The notes under the pieces: model-generated
The model's input: only the letters and a program-made list of their open reading frames with translations
The model's database searches: none
What the model was told of the DNA's origin: nothing
Source of the DNA: Bacilli bacterium
Lineage (GTDB): Bacteria; Bacillota_I; Bacilli_A; ML615J-28; CAG-698
Reading direction: 5' to 3'
NCBI GenBank assembly: GCA_918272565.1
Contig: CAKJYW010000012.1
Location: forward strand, 12,162-76,161
DNA: 64,000 bases
Translations under genes and position numbers: made by a program
In this document: in pieces, positions 51,734-62,565 of the stretch
How the letters are laid out: every line of letters begins with the position of its first letter
How positions within the stretch are numbered: the stretch's first letter is position 1

Positions 51734-52249
51734 ATGGATTTTAGTGAACTTAATAAAAGTAGGTATTCTTGTAGAAGCTTTAGTGATAGAAAAATAGATG
51801 ATGAATTACTTAATAGTGTTTTAAAAGAAGGGTTAATTGCTCCAACAGCCAAAAACAACCAGCCTTTTAGAATTTATATTTTAGATAGCGATGAAGCTTT
51901 AAAAAAAGTAGATGAAGTAACATCTTGTAGGTATAAAGCAAAAACCGTATTGCTCTTTACTTATAAGAAAGACGAAGAGTGGGTTAGTCCCCTAGATGAA
52001 GGTATAACTAGCGGCATCCAAGATGCTTCAATTGTTGCCACAACAATCATGCTAAAAGCAAAAGAAGCAGGACTTGATACTTGTTGGGTTTGTTATTTTG
52101 AAAATAGAAAGCTTAAAAAATTACTAAATCTTGAAGAAAGCGAAGAGTGCGTTTTACTTATGCCAATTGGTTATGCAAGCGCTAGCGCCTCTCCTTCACC
52201 AAGACACTACGAAAAAAGAGATTATAATGAATTAGTAAAGAAGCTATAA
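51734..52249 (+). CDS. nitroreductase family protein
   Basis: RYSCRSFSD, APTAKNNQP motifs. Confidence 0.75.
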   Translation: MDFSELNKSRYSCRSFSDRKIDDELLNSVLKEGLIAPTAKNNQPFRIYILDSDEALKKVDEVTSCRYKAKTVLLFTYKKDEEWVSPLDEGITSGIQDASIVATTIMLKAKEAGLDTCWVCYFENRKLKKLLNLEESEECVLLMPIGYASASASPSPRHYEKRDYNELVKKL

Positions 52250-52305
52250 ATAATCTTTGATTAAAATAGCAATAATTGTTATAATTAAATAAGTAGAGGT
52301 ACATT

Positions 52306-52791
52306 ATGGAATGTTATTTTGCAGGGGGATGCTTTTGGTGTATCACTCCAGTGTTTTATGAAATTAATGGTGTAGAGAAGGTTGAAAGTGGATTCAGTGG
52401 GGGAGATGAGGTGAACCCCAAATATATTGACGTTAAAAACCAACTAACTAATCACCGTGAAGCAATAAGAATTATATATGATGCAGCAAAAACTTCATTT
52501 AAAGAACTACTCGATGCTTTCTTTAATAACGTCGATTTATTTGATGATGGTGGGCAATTTATCGATAGAGGTCATTCATACACTTTAGCTGTGTTTTATT
52601 TAAATGAAAAAGAAAAAGAAATAACCCTTAAAAAAATAAAAGAAGTGGAAGATGAACAAAATAGAAAAGTGATGATTGAAGTAGCTCCTTTTAAAAACTT
52701 CTATCTTGCTGAAGAATATCATCAAGATTATTTTAGGAAGAACGAAAAAGAATTTGAAGAAGAAATGATTAAATCAGGGAGAAGAAAATAG
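52306..52791 (+). CDS. msrA: peptide-methionine (S)-S-oxide reductase
   Basis: Active-site GGCFWC. Confidence 0.85.
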   Translation: MECYFAGGCFWCITPVFYEINGVEKVESGFSGGDEVNPKYIDVKNQLTNHREAIRIIYDAAKTSFKELLDAFFNNVDLFDDGGQFIDRGHSYTLAVFYLNEKEKEITLKKIKEVEDEQNRKVMIEVAPFKNFYLAEEYHQDYFRKNEKEFEEEMIKSGRRK

Positions 52792-53666
52792 TGGAAAAAT
52801 CAAAAGTCCTTTTCACAAAAGAAATAAGGGCAGCTAGTTTACTTAAATTATATAAGCTACTAGGTAAAAAACTAAAAGGGAATGTAGCTATCAAGGTACA
52901 TTCAGGAGAAGCAGGAAATCAAAATTTCCTACGACCAGAGTTGTTTAAAGATATCGTAGATTATGTAGGTGGTACAATTGTAGAATGTAATACTGCCTAT
53001 GAAGGTGAAAGAAACACCTCAGAAAAGCACCTTAAGACAATTAAAAACCATGGTTGGAATGAATTCTTTAAATTTGATTTAATGGATGAAACTGGGCCTG
53101 ATTTAGTTTTAGATATTCCAAATGGGAAAATATTAAAGAAAAATTATGTTGGGAAGAACTTAGCAAAATATGATTCAATGCTAGTCTTATCTCACTTTAA
53201 AGGTCATCCTATGGGTGGATTTGGTGGAGCGTTAAAGCAACTATCAATTGGAGTTGCTTCATCTTACGGTAAGATGCACATTCATACAGCTGGTTCAGAC
53301 AAAGAAGAAGAGATCTGGACAGCGCCTCACGATAAGTTCTTAGAAGCGATGGCTGATAGTGCTTCATCTGTAGTTAACTATTTTAAAGGTGAAATGGTAT
53401 TTATTAACGTTATGAAAAATATGAGCGTTGACTGCGATTGTTGTGCTATTGCAGAAGACCCATGTTTAAAAGATATCGGTGTTTTAATATCTTTAGACCC
53501 AATTGCCATTGATCAAGCTTGTATCGATTTAGTTTTAAAATCTAATGATGTAGGTAAAGAGCATTTTATGGAGCGAGTAAATTCGAGAAATGGACTTCAC
53601 ACAATCGAAGCAGCTAGCACTCTTGGCTTTGGAACAATGAGCTATGAATTAATTAATATTGATTAG
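52791..53666 (+). CDS. DUF362 domain protein
   Basis: 291 aa with a CxxC...CDCC Cys cluster; GTG start overlapping the msrA stop (TAGTG). Confidence 0.6.
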   Translation: MEKSKVLFTKEIRAASLLKLYKLLGKKLKGNVAIKVHSGEAGNQNFLRPELFKDIVDYVGGTIVECNTAYEGERNTSEKHLKTIKNHGWNEFFKFDLMDETGPDLVLDIPNGKILKKNYVGKNLAKYDSMLVLSHFKGHPMGGFGGALKQLSIGVASSYGKMHIHTAGSDKEEEIWTAPHDKFLEAMADSASSVVNYFKGEMVFINVMKNMSVDCDCCAIAEDPCLKDIGVLISLDPIAIDQACIDLVLKSNDVGKEHFMERVNSRNGLHTIEAASTLGFGTMSYELINID

Positions 53667-53677
53667 GAGGAAAAGTT

Positions 53678-54277
53678 ATGAAAATCATTACTATTGGACG
53701 TGAATTTGGTAGTGGAGGAAGAGAACTAGGAAAGCGAATTGCTGATAAGTTAGGCATTGCCTATTATGATAGAGAGATTTTAACTGAGATTAGCAAGAAG
53801 ACTTCACTTGCTGAAGAATACATTACCCAAATAATTGAACGTAAACCTTCAGTTCAATATCCAATTACTATTGCTAACTCATTTGGTGTTTATGATAGCG
53901 ACTTAAATAAAACCCAAAATAAGATTTTTGCAGAACAAAATAACGTTATTAAAGAACTAGCAAGCAAGAGCGATTGCGTAATCGTTGGTAGATGCGCTGA
54001 CTATATCTTAAGAGATCAAAAGCCATTTAGAATCTTTGTTTATTCTGATATGGCATCTAAAATAAAAAGGTGTAGAGAAAAAGGAGAAGTTGGTGCTGAT
54101 TTAACTGATAAACAAATAAAGCGTCATATCAAAGCAATCGATAAACATCGTAAAAACTATTACAATTTCTATACTGGCCTAGACTGGGGTAATAAAGAAA
54201 ACTACGATATTATGATTAACACATCAGATAAATTAATTAAAGATGTTGTTGATGAAATAGTAAAGATTTTTAAGTAA
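53678..54277 (+). CDS. cytidylate kinase-like family P-loop protein
   Basis: IITIGREFGSGGRELGKRIADKLGIAYYDREIL is typical of the Cytidylate_kin2 family. Confidence 0.7.
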   Translation: MKIITIGREFGSGGRELGKRIADKLGIAYYDREILTEISKKTSLAEEYITQIIERKPSVQYPITIANSFGVYDSDLNKTQNKIFAEQNNVIKELASKSDCVIVGRCADYILRDQKPFRIFVYSDMASKIKRCREKGEVGADLTDKQIKRHIKAIDKHRKNYYNFYTGLDWGNKENYDIMINTSDKLIKDVVDEIVKIFK

Positions 54278-54394
54278 ATAATAGAATAAACATAAGCGGA
54301 AGAGGTGTGTCTTTCGCTTTTCTTTCTTTATTGAAACAAGGCCCTTCTTATGGTATAATAAAATAGTGAAAACGCTTTATTAATTGGAGGCAAA

Positions 54395-56047
54395 ATGCAT
54401 ACAAATTGGTATAAGAATGCGATAGTTTATCAAATCTATCCTAGAAGTTTCAAAGACTCAAATGGTGATGGATTCGGTGATATTAAAGGAATAACATCAA
54501 AACTAGATTATCTAGCTAGTCTCGGAATCAACTGTGTGTGGTTATCACCAGTTTACGACTCTCCTCAAGAAGATAACGGCTATGATATTAGTGATTATTA
54601 TAATATCTATCCTCCTTTTGGTTCTTTAGATGATTTTAAAGAAATGCTTAGTGAGATGCATAAAAGAGGGATTAAGCTAATCATGGATTTAGTTGTTAAT
54701 CACACATCGAGCGAACATAAGTTCTTTAAAGAAGCGCTTTGTGACAAACAAAGTAAATATCGTGACTTTTACATCATAAAAAAAGGTAAAAAGAATGGAA
54801 AAAAACCACCAACAAACTGGACTGGTTTTTTTGGTGGCTCAACATGGGAGAGAATTGGAGAAAGCGATGATTATTATTTGCACCTATTTGCTAAAGGTCA
54901 ACCTGACTTAAACTGGGAAAATGAAGAGGTTAGAAAAGAAGTAGTTAATATCTTAAGATATTGGCTTGATATGGGAGTTGACGGCTTTAGGTGCGATGTT
55001 ATAAATCTAATAAGCAAGAAGCAAGACTTTAAGTCACGTTTTCCAACAGTTGCTCTTTGTGGGAAAGATGCCTTTATTAATGGTCCAAGGCTTCATGAGT
55101 ATTTACATTACTTATACACTGAAGCTTATTCTAAATACGATACAATGACAGTTGGAGAAACTGCCTTATCTAAAGAAAAAGATGTTAAACTAATGATTGA
55201 TCCAAGAAGAGAAGAACTAGATATGGTCTTTAATTTTGATCATACTGATAGTGATAACTTCTTTGGGGTTAAATATCTTTATAGGAAATTCAAATTAAAT
55301 AGATTTAAAAAGAGATTAAGTAAATGGCAATATGCTTTAGAAGGCTCTGGGTGGAACTCACTGTTTATTGAAAACCATGACCAAAGAAGGTCGAGTGGAC
55401 GCTTTGGAACAGTGACAGGTGATTTAAAGTACCTTTCTTCAAAATCTCTAGCTACTGCTTATTTTCTTCTTAAAGGAACACCTTTTATCTATCAAGGTCA
55501 AGAAATTGGTATGGAAAATGCTAATTATACAAGTAGAGAAGATTATAAAGATGTGGAATTTAAGAACATGAGTAAGATGGCTGATAGTAGCTTATTTTAT
55601 AAGATGCTAATTGGTAAGCACTTAGAAGAAGTAGCGCGTGATAATGCTAGAACTCCTATGCAATGGGATGATTCTACCTATGCTGGTTTTAGTGAAGCAG
55701 AGCCTTGGATTAAAGTTAACACTAATAAAGACAAAATAAACGTTAAAAATGCATTAGCTGATAAGGATTCTTTGTTTTATTATTATCAAAAATTAATAAG
55801 TTTAAGAAAAGAATACGATGTTTTAATTGATGGCAAATTCAATTTACTTCTTAAACATAATAAGAACATATTTAGTTATACTAGAGAATTAGATGGAAAG
55901 ATGATGCTAATTATAACTTCGTTTTCTTGTAAAACATTAAAGAATCCACTTGATGTTAGTTCATATAAACTCCTTTTATCAAATTATAGTGATAATAGTG
56001 ATAAAGAACTTAAACCATATGAAGCAAGGGTTTATATAAAGGAATAA
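54395..56047 (+). CDS. GH13 alpha-glucosidase (oligo-1,6-glucosidase / trehalose-6-P hydrolase subfamily)
   Basis: YQIYPRSFKDSNGDGFGD, GFRCDVINLI (nucleophile Asp), VGE acid/base, NHD motif. Confidence 0.85.
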   Translation: MHTNWYKNAIVYQIYPRSFKDSNGDGFGDIKGITSKLDYLASLGINCVWLSPVYDSPQEDNGYDISDYYNIYPPFGSLDDFKEMLSEMHKRGIKLIMDLVVNHTSSEHKFFKEALCDKQSKYRDFYIIKKGKKNGKKPPTNWTGFFGGSTWERIGESDDYYLHLFAKGQPDLNWENEEVRKEVVNILRYWLDMGVDGFRCDVINLISKKQDFKSRFPTVALCGKDAFINGPRLHEYLHYLYTEAYSKYDTMTVGETALSKEKDVKLMIDPRREELDMVFNFDHTDSDNFFGVKYLYRKFKLNRFKKRLSKWQYALEGSGWNSLFIENHDQRRSSGRFGTVTGDLKYLSSKSLATAYFLLKGTPFIYQGQEIGMENANYTSREDYKDVEFKNMSKMADSSLFYKMLIGKHLEEVARDNARTPMQWDDSTYAGFSEAEPWIKVNTNKDKINVKNALADKDSLFYYYQKLISLRKEYDVLIDGKFNLLLKHNKNIFSYTRELDGKMMLIITSFSCKTLKNPLDVSSYKLLLSNYSDNSDKELKPYEARVYIKE

Positions 56048-56050
56048 ATT

Positions 56051-57313
56051 ATGGAAAAAATAAAATTTAGAAATGATTTATTATTCGGAGTTGCTACTGC
56101 TTCAACTCAAATTGAAGGTGGCGACACTAATCATACTTGGTATGATTGGACTAAAGATGGAAACAAAACCAAAGATGGCTCTACATCATTAAGAGCAAAT
56201 AGTCACTGGAATAATTACAAAGCTCATATTGATCTAATGAAAGAACTTAATTTAGAAATCTATCGTATGTCAATAGAGTGGAGTAGAATTGAACCTACTG
56301 AAGGATGCTTTAGTGATGAAGCAATGGAGCATTACATCGATGAAATTAATTACTTAAAAGATAAAGGAATAAAAGTTTTAGTTACTTTGCATCACTTTTC
56401 TAACCCTATTTGGTTTGAAAAGAAGGGTGGATTTAAATTAAAAGATTCACCACTTTATTTTGCAAGATACGTTGATTTTGTTGTTAGGCATTTAAATGGA
56501 TTAGTTAGCGAATTTTGTACAATCAATGAACCTAATATCTATGCAATAAACTGCTTTTTATATGGTGAGTGGTTAAATGAAGAAAAGAGCTTTTCTTCTT
56601 GTATGAGAGTTTTAAGGAATATGACTAGGAGCCATATTGAAGCATATAAGGTTATTCATAATGTTATTAGCGACAGTAAAGTAGGAATTGCTTTAAATAT
56701 GAATAATTTCATTCCGAAAAATAAAAAGAACTTGTTTGATAAAATCGAGACATGGTTCTTTGATAGGTGCTTTAATAAGCTGATGTCTTATTCTATGGGG
56801 TATGGTAAATATATCTTGCCTCTTGGAATAAAATGCAAAAAAGGAGTATTCTTTGATTATTTTGGAATAAATTATTACACTTCAAATCTAGTTCATAAAG
56901 GAAAACTTGAAGTTGATCCATCTTGGGATACTAATAACTTGGGTTGGGGTATAACTCCATTTGGATTTGATAAGATTATAAACAAAGTTCATAAGATGTT
57001 TCCTGATAAAGAGATATACATTACAGAAAACGGAACATGTGACAAAGATGATAGCTTTAGGGCGAAGTATTTATATGATCATTTAGAGGTTTTATCTAAA
57101 TATGATTTCATTAAAAGGTACTACCACTGGACATTCATGGATAACTTTGAATGGAAAGAGGGAGAAAGTGCGTGCTTTGGTTTAGTGAAATATAATTATG
57201 AAGATGGAACGTATGAGCTAAGGAATAGTGCTCTATTCTATAAGGAATTAATAAAGAAGCGCTATATGGATTTAGATATGTTAAAGAAATATATGGGTGA
57301 AAAAGATGATTAG
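56051..57313 (+). CDS. GH1 family beta-glucosidase/beta-galactosidase
   Basis: ATASTQIEGG N-terminal signature, TINEPN acid/base and ITENG nucleophile motifs. Confidence 0.8.
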   Translation: MEKIKFRNDLLFGVATASTQIEGGDTNHTWYDWTKDGNKTKDGSTSLRANSHWNNYKAHIDLMKELNLEIYRMSIEWSRIEPTEGCFSDEAMEHYIDEINYLKDKGIKVLVTLHHFSNPIWFEKKGGFKLKDSPLYFARYVDFVVRHLNGLVSEFCTINEPNIYAINCFLYGEWLNEEKSFSSCMRVLRNMTRSHIEAYKVIHNVISDSKVGIALNMNNFIPKNKKNLFDKIETWFFDRCFNKLMSYSMGYGKYILPLGIKCKKGVFFDYFGINYYTSNLVHKGKLEVDPSWDTNNLGWGITPFGFDKIINKVHKMFPDKEIYITENGTCDKDDSFRAKYLYDHLEVLSKYDFIKRYYHWTFMDNFEWKEGESACFGLVKYNYEDGTYELRNSALFYKELIKKRYMDLDMLKKYMGEKDD

Positions 57314-59654
57314 AGTAGAAGACAATTATTTTATTATTGAAACAAAGTCACTATCTTATATCTTCCATGTTAATAAAGCCAAATATTTAGTACATGATTA
57401 TTTTGGTGCATTTATTGATGTGGGTAGCGATAAGAGCTTTTTAGGGCTAAAGGAAGCTTATGCAAAAGGAACTTCAACTGTCCTAGATAGTGATGCTGAC
57501 CCTAATTTCAGTGCTGACAATGCTTTAAGTGAATATTCTTTTTTCTCTAAAGGAGATTACAGGGAACCTGCAATCATCTTAAAGAATGAAGAAAGAGGCT
57601 ACACTTTTGATTTTAGGTATTATGATTACGAAATAAAAAACGATAATTTCACTGATTTAGGTGATTTACCTAGCTTACATAATATGAATAGTGAATTAAC
57701 TATTAGGTTAAAAGAAGAAGCGCTAGATTTATTTATCGAACTTCATTATCTAATTAGTGATAGTCACGATGTTATTGCAAGATTTACTAAAATAGAAAAT
57801 AACACAAGTAGTGAACTTCATATTTTAAAAGTTGCTTCCCTTCAACTTGACCTAATTAATCAAAATTATCACCTTTTGAACCTTAATGGTGCATGGGTTG
57901 GAGAGGCTAAGAAGTGCATTCAAAAGATTAACCCTGGTATTTATAAAAATGATTCTAAGACAGGATCATCAAGTAATAAGCACAATCCTTTCTTTATGAT
58001 TTTCAGTGATGGTGCTAATGATTTTTATGGAGAAGGTTATTCATTCAATTTGATGTATTCATCAAATCATGAAGAGATCATTGAAGTAAACGCTTATGAT
58101 CACCTTCATATAACTAGCGGCATCAACTCATTTTTGTTTGATTATAAACTAAAAGAAAAGGAGAGTTTCTTATCTCCTATTGGCTTAGTTAGTTATTCTA
58201 ATAAAGGATTAAATCATTTAAGTCAGAATATGCATGACTTTATAAATGATTGTGTGGTGAATGTAAATTTTCGGTATAGTCCCAGACCAGTATTGATTAA
58301 TAATTGGGAGGGGACTTACTTCAAGTTTACAGAACGAAAATTAATCAATATTGCAAAAAGCGCTTCTAAATTTGGCATCGAACTCTTCGTTTTAGATGAT
58401 GGATGGTTTTCTGATAGAAACGATGATTTCCATGGGCTAGGAGATTACGATGTAAATAAGAAGAAGCTCCCTCATGGATTAAGTGGCCTTGCTAAAAAGA
58501 TAAATAAGCTCGGGTTAAAGTTTGGTCTATGGTTTGAACCAGAAGGCGTTAATCCTTTAAGTAAGATTTATAAGCTTCATCCTGATTGGGCAATTTCAGT
58601 AAATGGGGTAAAGCCATCAACTGGAAGAAACGAATATCTATTCGATTTAACTAAAGATGAGGTATGTGAATATATCATTGATAATATAAGCAATATCTTA
58701 GATAATGCTAATATCGAATACATTAAATGGGATATGAACCGTAATATGAGTGATATAGCAGGTGGCAAGAATGCTGGTGAGTTCTATCATCGCTATATTA
58801 TGGGGTTATATCATATTATTAATACCTTAACTAAAAAATATCCGAATGTCTTGTTTGAAAACTGCGCAAGTGGCGGAAATAGGTTTGATTTAGGAATGCT
58901 TAGTTATTTCCCTCAAACATGGGCAAGTGATAATAGCGATCCATATGAAAGGCTAACTATTCAAGAAGGTTATTCATATGGTTACCCTATTAGTACTTAT
59001 TCAGCTCACGTTTCTCACAAACACAATCATCAAATGCTTCGTGAAACTTCTTACTCTAGCAAATTTGCGGTAGCTTGTTTTGGGTTATTAGGCTATGAGC
59101 TAATGCTTAATGAATTATCTAAATTTGAAAAGGAAGATATCAAAGCGCAAGTTGCTTTTTATAAAGAGCATAGAGAATTATTACAGTTTGGTGATTTCTA
59201 TAGGCTAAAGAGAAAAGAATTTGATGGTGATAGCGCTATTTGGATGGTTATATCAAAAGATAAGAGTGAAGCAATGATTGGATATTTTAACGGTTTACAA
59301 AGCACAACACCTCATGAAACGCTTCTTAAAGGAATAGGTTTTATAGATGATGCTAAGTATAGCGTAAAAGTATTTCGTCAAGATCATGAATTAAAAATGT
59401 TTGGTAATTTAATTAATATGGTTTTACCAGTTCATGTCAATTGTGAAGGCCCACTCGTTAGACTGGTAAGTAAGTTTAAACGAATGGAAATGGAAAATGA
59501 AGAGTATGTTGTCTATGGAAATGTACTAAATAATGGTATAATATTAAAGAGCGAATGGGCTGCTAATGGCTTTAATAGCGATGTAAGAGTTCTTGGGGAC
59601 TTTGGCAGTAGATTATATTACATTAAAAGAATAGAAAAAGGAGAAGAAAAATGA
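57297..59654 (+). CDS. GH36 alpha-galactosidase
   Basis: LFVLDDGWF, KWDMNR and CASGGNRFD motifs of the AgaA/MelA-type alpha-galactosidases. Confidence 0.85.
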   Translation: MKKMIRVEDNYFIIETKSLSYIFHVNKAKYLVHDYFGAFIDVGSDKSFLGLKEAYAKGTSTVLDSDADPNFSADNALSEYSFFSKGDYREPAIILKNEERGYTFDFRYYDYEIKNDNFTDLGDLPSLHNMNSELTIRLKEEALDLFIELHYLISDSHDVIARFTKIENNTSSELHILKVASLQLDLINQNYHLLNLNGAWVGEAKKCIQKINPGIYKNDSKTGSSSNKHNPFFMIFSDGANDFYGEGYSFNLMYSSNHEEIIEVNAYDHLHITSGINSFLFDYKLKEKESFLSPIGLVSYSNKGLNHLSQNMHDFINDCVVNVNFRYSPRPVLINNWEGTYFKFTERKLINIAKSASKFGIELFVLDDGWFSDRNDDFHGLGDYDVNKKKLPHGLSGLAKKINKLGLKFGLWFEPEGVNPLSKIYKLHPDWAISVNGVKPSTGRNEYLFDLTKDEVCEYIIDNISNILDNANIEYIKWDMNRNMSDIAGGKNAGEFYHRYIMGLYHIINTLTKKYPNVLFENCASGGNRFDLGMLSYFPQTWASDNSDPYERLTIQEGYSYGYPISTYSAHVSHKHNHQMLRETSYSSKFAVACFGLLGYELMLNELSKFEKEDIKAQVAFYKEHRELLQFGDFYRLKRKEFDGDSAIWMVISKDKSEAMIGYFNGLQSTTPHETLLKGIGFIDDAKYSVKVFRQDHELKMFGNLINMVLPVHVNCEGPLVRLVSKFKRMEMENEEYVVYGNVLNNGIILKSEWAANGFNSDVRVLGDFGSRLYYIKRIEKGEEK

Positions 59655-61216
59655 GTTTTTGGAATTTAAAGAAAACTTACACAGGAGATGTTCCACCAAA
59701 AACAACGACTGGTGTTTATTGCGTGTCTGGAACATTTAGAGATGCGTGCTATCAATTAGTATCAGCATTCTTAATTACTTACATCACATTTGCGGGATTA
59801 CTTGACACATCTGATCAAAAGAATTATCTTGCGCAAATTGGTGTAATTAATATCATCATGATTATTTGTAGAATCTGGGATGGACTTAACGACCCAATCA
59901 TGGGATGGATTATTGAAAAATTCCATTTCAAATGGGGTAAGTATAAACCATGGATTTTAATTGGTGCGATTTTTAATACAATTGTCGTATTAGTATTGTT
60001 CCTAGCACATCCTCATGGATGGGGATTTGTTGTTCTATTTGGTATTTTCTACTTCTTGTGGGATATAGCTTGGACAATAAATGATATTGCTTATTGGAGT
60101 ATGTTACCTTCACTAACTAAAGATGAGAAGAGGAGGAACAATATCACTTCAATCATGCAGATATTCATTTCTGTCGGAGTATTCGCTGTATATGGTGCTG
60201 TTCCAATGCTAGTTGGTGCGTTTGAAGGTGTCAGCGCTCAAATAGTTTATGGTGGAATCGCTATAGTTGTATGTAGCTTATATATGCTAAGTCAATTACT
60301 TATTTGCTTTGCTTGTAAAGAACATGCTAGAGACATTGAAGATGAAAAGAAAGAACAAGAAGATGTTCGATTTAGAGATATGTTCTCACTATTTAAGAAA
60401 AACGATCAATTTAGAATTAACATCATCGCTATTTTAATCAACTACTTAGGTGGTGGCGTTGTTGTTGGATTCGGTCTATATTACTTCTATTTGATGTATG
60501 GATATGGTTCTGATTTAGGTGGAGCTATCCAATTCATGTTTACTATAATGTATGCAGTTGGTACTTTAGTTGCACAATTCATTTATCCACTTTTAGCAAA
60601 GAAACTAACAAGAAAACAAATATTTGCTATTTCTAGTATCACTATTATCATTGGTTACTTATTAATATTCTTTGTTGGTTTCCCTGTATTTGGACCTAGA
60701 CCAATCGCTGATGACATGGTATGGCTATTATATTTAGGCGGAGCTATCATGTTTGGTGGACAAGGACTTTCAGCTGTAGCTATCATTATTCAAATGCAAT
60801 CTACTATTGAATACAATGAATGGAAGACTGGTGAAAGAAAAGAAGCCATCGTTTCAAGTTTGCGTGCTCTAGTTGCTAAGTGGGCAAGTGCTCTTCAACA
60901 AGGCCTAATCTTCTTAACACTTTTATCAAGTGGACTTTACGCAATAAGTCAAGTAATCAGTGGAGCTGAAGCTGAACTTAATGCGGGATTTAAGACTGCA
61001 GCTGATATGTATAATGAAATTGAAGCCGCAAGAGCTACAATCACTACTGGCCAATTCATGGTACTTGCTGTTGGTATGCTATTAATCCCATTAATCTTAT
61101 TATTAACTGCTAATTTTATGAGTATGTTTATATTTAAGATTGATGAAAAGAAATATGCTGAAATCTGCCATGATTTAGATGAAAGACATTTACAAACAGC
61201 ACAAGTAGCTGAATAA
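59651..61216 (+). CDS. GPH-family glycoside-pentoside-hexuronide:cation symporter (MelB-like)
   Basis: 521 aa, 12 TM, GxxNDPIMGWIIE motif. Confidence 0.75.
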   Translation: MSFWNLKKTYTGDVPPKTTTGVYCVSGTFRDACYQLVSAFLITYITFAGLLDTSDQKNYLAQIGVINIIMIICRIWDGLNDPIMGWIIEKFHFKWGKYKPWILIGAIFNTIVVLVLFLAHPHGWGFVVLFGIFYFLWDIAWTINDIAYWSMLPSLTKDEKRRNNITSIMQIFISVGVFAVYGAVPMLVGAFEGVSAQIVYGGIAIVVCSLYMLSQLLICFACKEHARDIEDEKKEQEDVRFRDMFSLFKKNDQFRINIIAILINYLGGGVVVGFGLYYFYLMYGYGSDLGGAIQFMFTIMYAVGTLVAQFIYPLLAKKLTRKQIFAISSITIIIGYLLIFFVGFPVFGPRPIADDMVWLLYLGGAIMFGGQGLSAVAIIIQMQSTIEYNEWKTGERKEAIVSSLRALVAKWASALQQGLIFLTLLSSGLYAISQVISGAEAELNAGFKTAADMYNEIEAARATITTGQFMVLAVGMLLIPLILLLTANFMSMFIFKIDEKKYAEICHDLDERHLQTAQVAE

Positions 61217-61224
61217 GGATAAAA

Positions 61225-62565
61225 ATGAAATCAAAAAAGAATTCTAAGTTTTGGTTGACTTTAGTCATCTTTAGCCTTGTTGGACAAATTGCATGGGTTG
61301 TTGAAAACATGTATTTCAACGTATTCATTTACAAAATGTTTAATGCAAGTGCTAAAGATATCTCCATGATGGTTGCCCTAAGCGCTATAAGCGCAACACT
61401 CACAACAATCTTTATTGGAGCTTTGTCAGATAAACTTGGAAAAAGAAAAATATTTATGTCATTAGGTTATATCCTTTGGGGTATATCTATCTTAAGCTTC
61501 GCATTAATAAGAAAAGATATCATTAGTAACGTCTTTGGAGCAGCTGTAAATAGTGCTACAGTTGGCGTAAACTTAGTAATCATAATGGACTGCGTAATGA
61601 CATTCTTTGGATCAACTGCTAATGATGCTTGTTATAATGCTTGGCTGACTGATTCAACTGATTCAACAAACCGAGGAAAAGCTGAAGGAATCAATTCGAT
61701 GATGCCACTTATTGCCATTCTTGCGGTATTTGGTGGATTCATGGGATTTGATTTAGATAAGTCTTCTAGTTGGACTTGGATTTATATCATAATCGGTGCT
61801 GTTGTATTATTAATTGGTGTTGTAGGGTTCTTCATAATCGATGAAGCAAATGTTAAAACTGAAGATGATTTGTCATATTTTAAGACAATCTTATATGGCT
61901 TTAGACCAAGTGTAATTAAAAAAGAAAAGAAATTATATTTTACATTGATTGCCTTTGTAATCTTTAATATTTCAATTCAAGTATTTATGCCTTATCTAAT
62001 AATCTATTATGAAAAAACTTTAGGGATGGCTAATTATGTTTTAATCATGGCCCCTGCAATCATCCTAGCAGCTGTCTTTACTGCACTATTTTCTAAGCAG
62101 TACGATAAAAGAGGATTTGATGTAGTATTTATTCCATTAGCTTTAATAACATTAGGTTATATTATGTTATTCTTATTCCCATTTGTTATTAAAACTGAAG
62201 GTGTATTTAATACAATCTTAGTATTTGTTGGATCTTGCTTAATGCTAAGCGGATTCTTGTCTGGTATGGCAATTTTTGGAGCTAAAGTTAGGGATGAAAC
62301 TCCACTTAATATGGCTGGTAGATTCCAAGGTCTTAGAATTGTTGGGCAAGTACTAATCCCTGGTGTTGTTGGTCCATTTATTGGAGCACAAGTATTAAAA
62401 AATGCAGAGATGATAGTTAATAGCGATGGAACTGAAAGTTTCTTGCCTAATAACAATATCTTCTTAGTTGCCCTAATCGTTATGCTAGTGCTTGTTTGTT
62501 TAATTGTTGTTTATAAAAAAGTATTTAAAAAAGAAAGTAAAGAAAATAAAACGGAGGAACTATGA
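61225..62565 (+). CDS. MFS/GPH-type sugar transporter
   Basis: 446 aa, 12 TM. Confidence 0.7.
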   Translation: MKSKKNSKFWLTLVIFSLVGQIAWVVENMYFNVFIYKMFNASAKDISMMVALSAISATLTTIFIGALSDKLGKRKIFMSLGYILWGISILSFALIRKDIISNVFGAAVNSATVGVNLVIIMDCVMTFFGSTANDACYNAWLTDSTDSTNRGKAEGINSMMPLIAILAVFGGFMGFDLDKSSSWTWIYIIIGAVVLLIGVVGFFIIDEANVKTEDDLSYFKTILYGFRPSVIKKEKKLYFTLIAFVIFNISIQVFMPYLIIYYEKTLGMANYVLIMAPAIILAAVFTALFSKQYDKRGFDVVFIPLALITLGYIMLFLFPFVIKTEGVFNTILVFVGSCLMLSGFLSGMAIFGAKVRDETPLNMAGRFQGLRIVGQVLIPGVVGPFIGAQVLKNAEMIVNSDGTESFLPNNNIFLVALIVMLVLVCLIVVYKKVFKKESKENKTEEL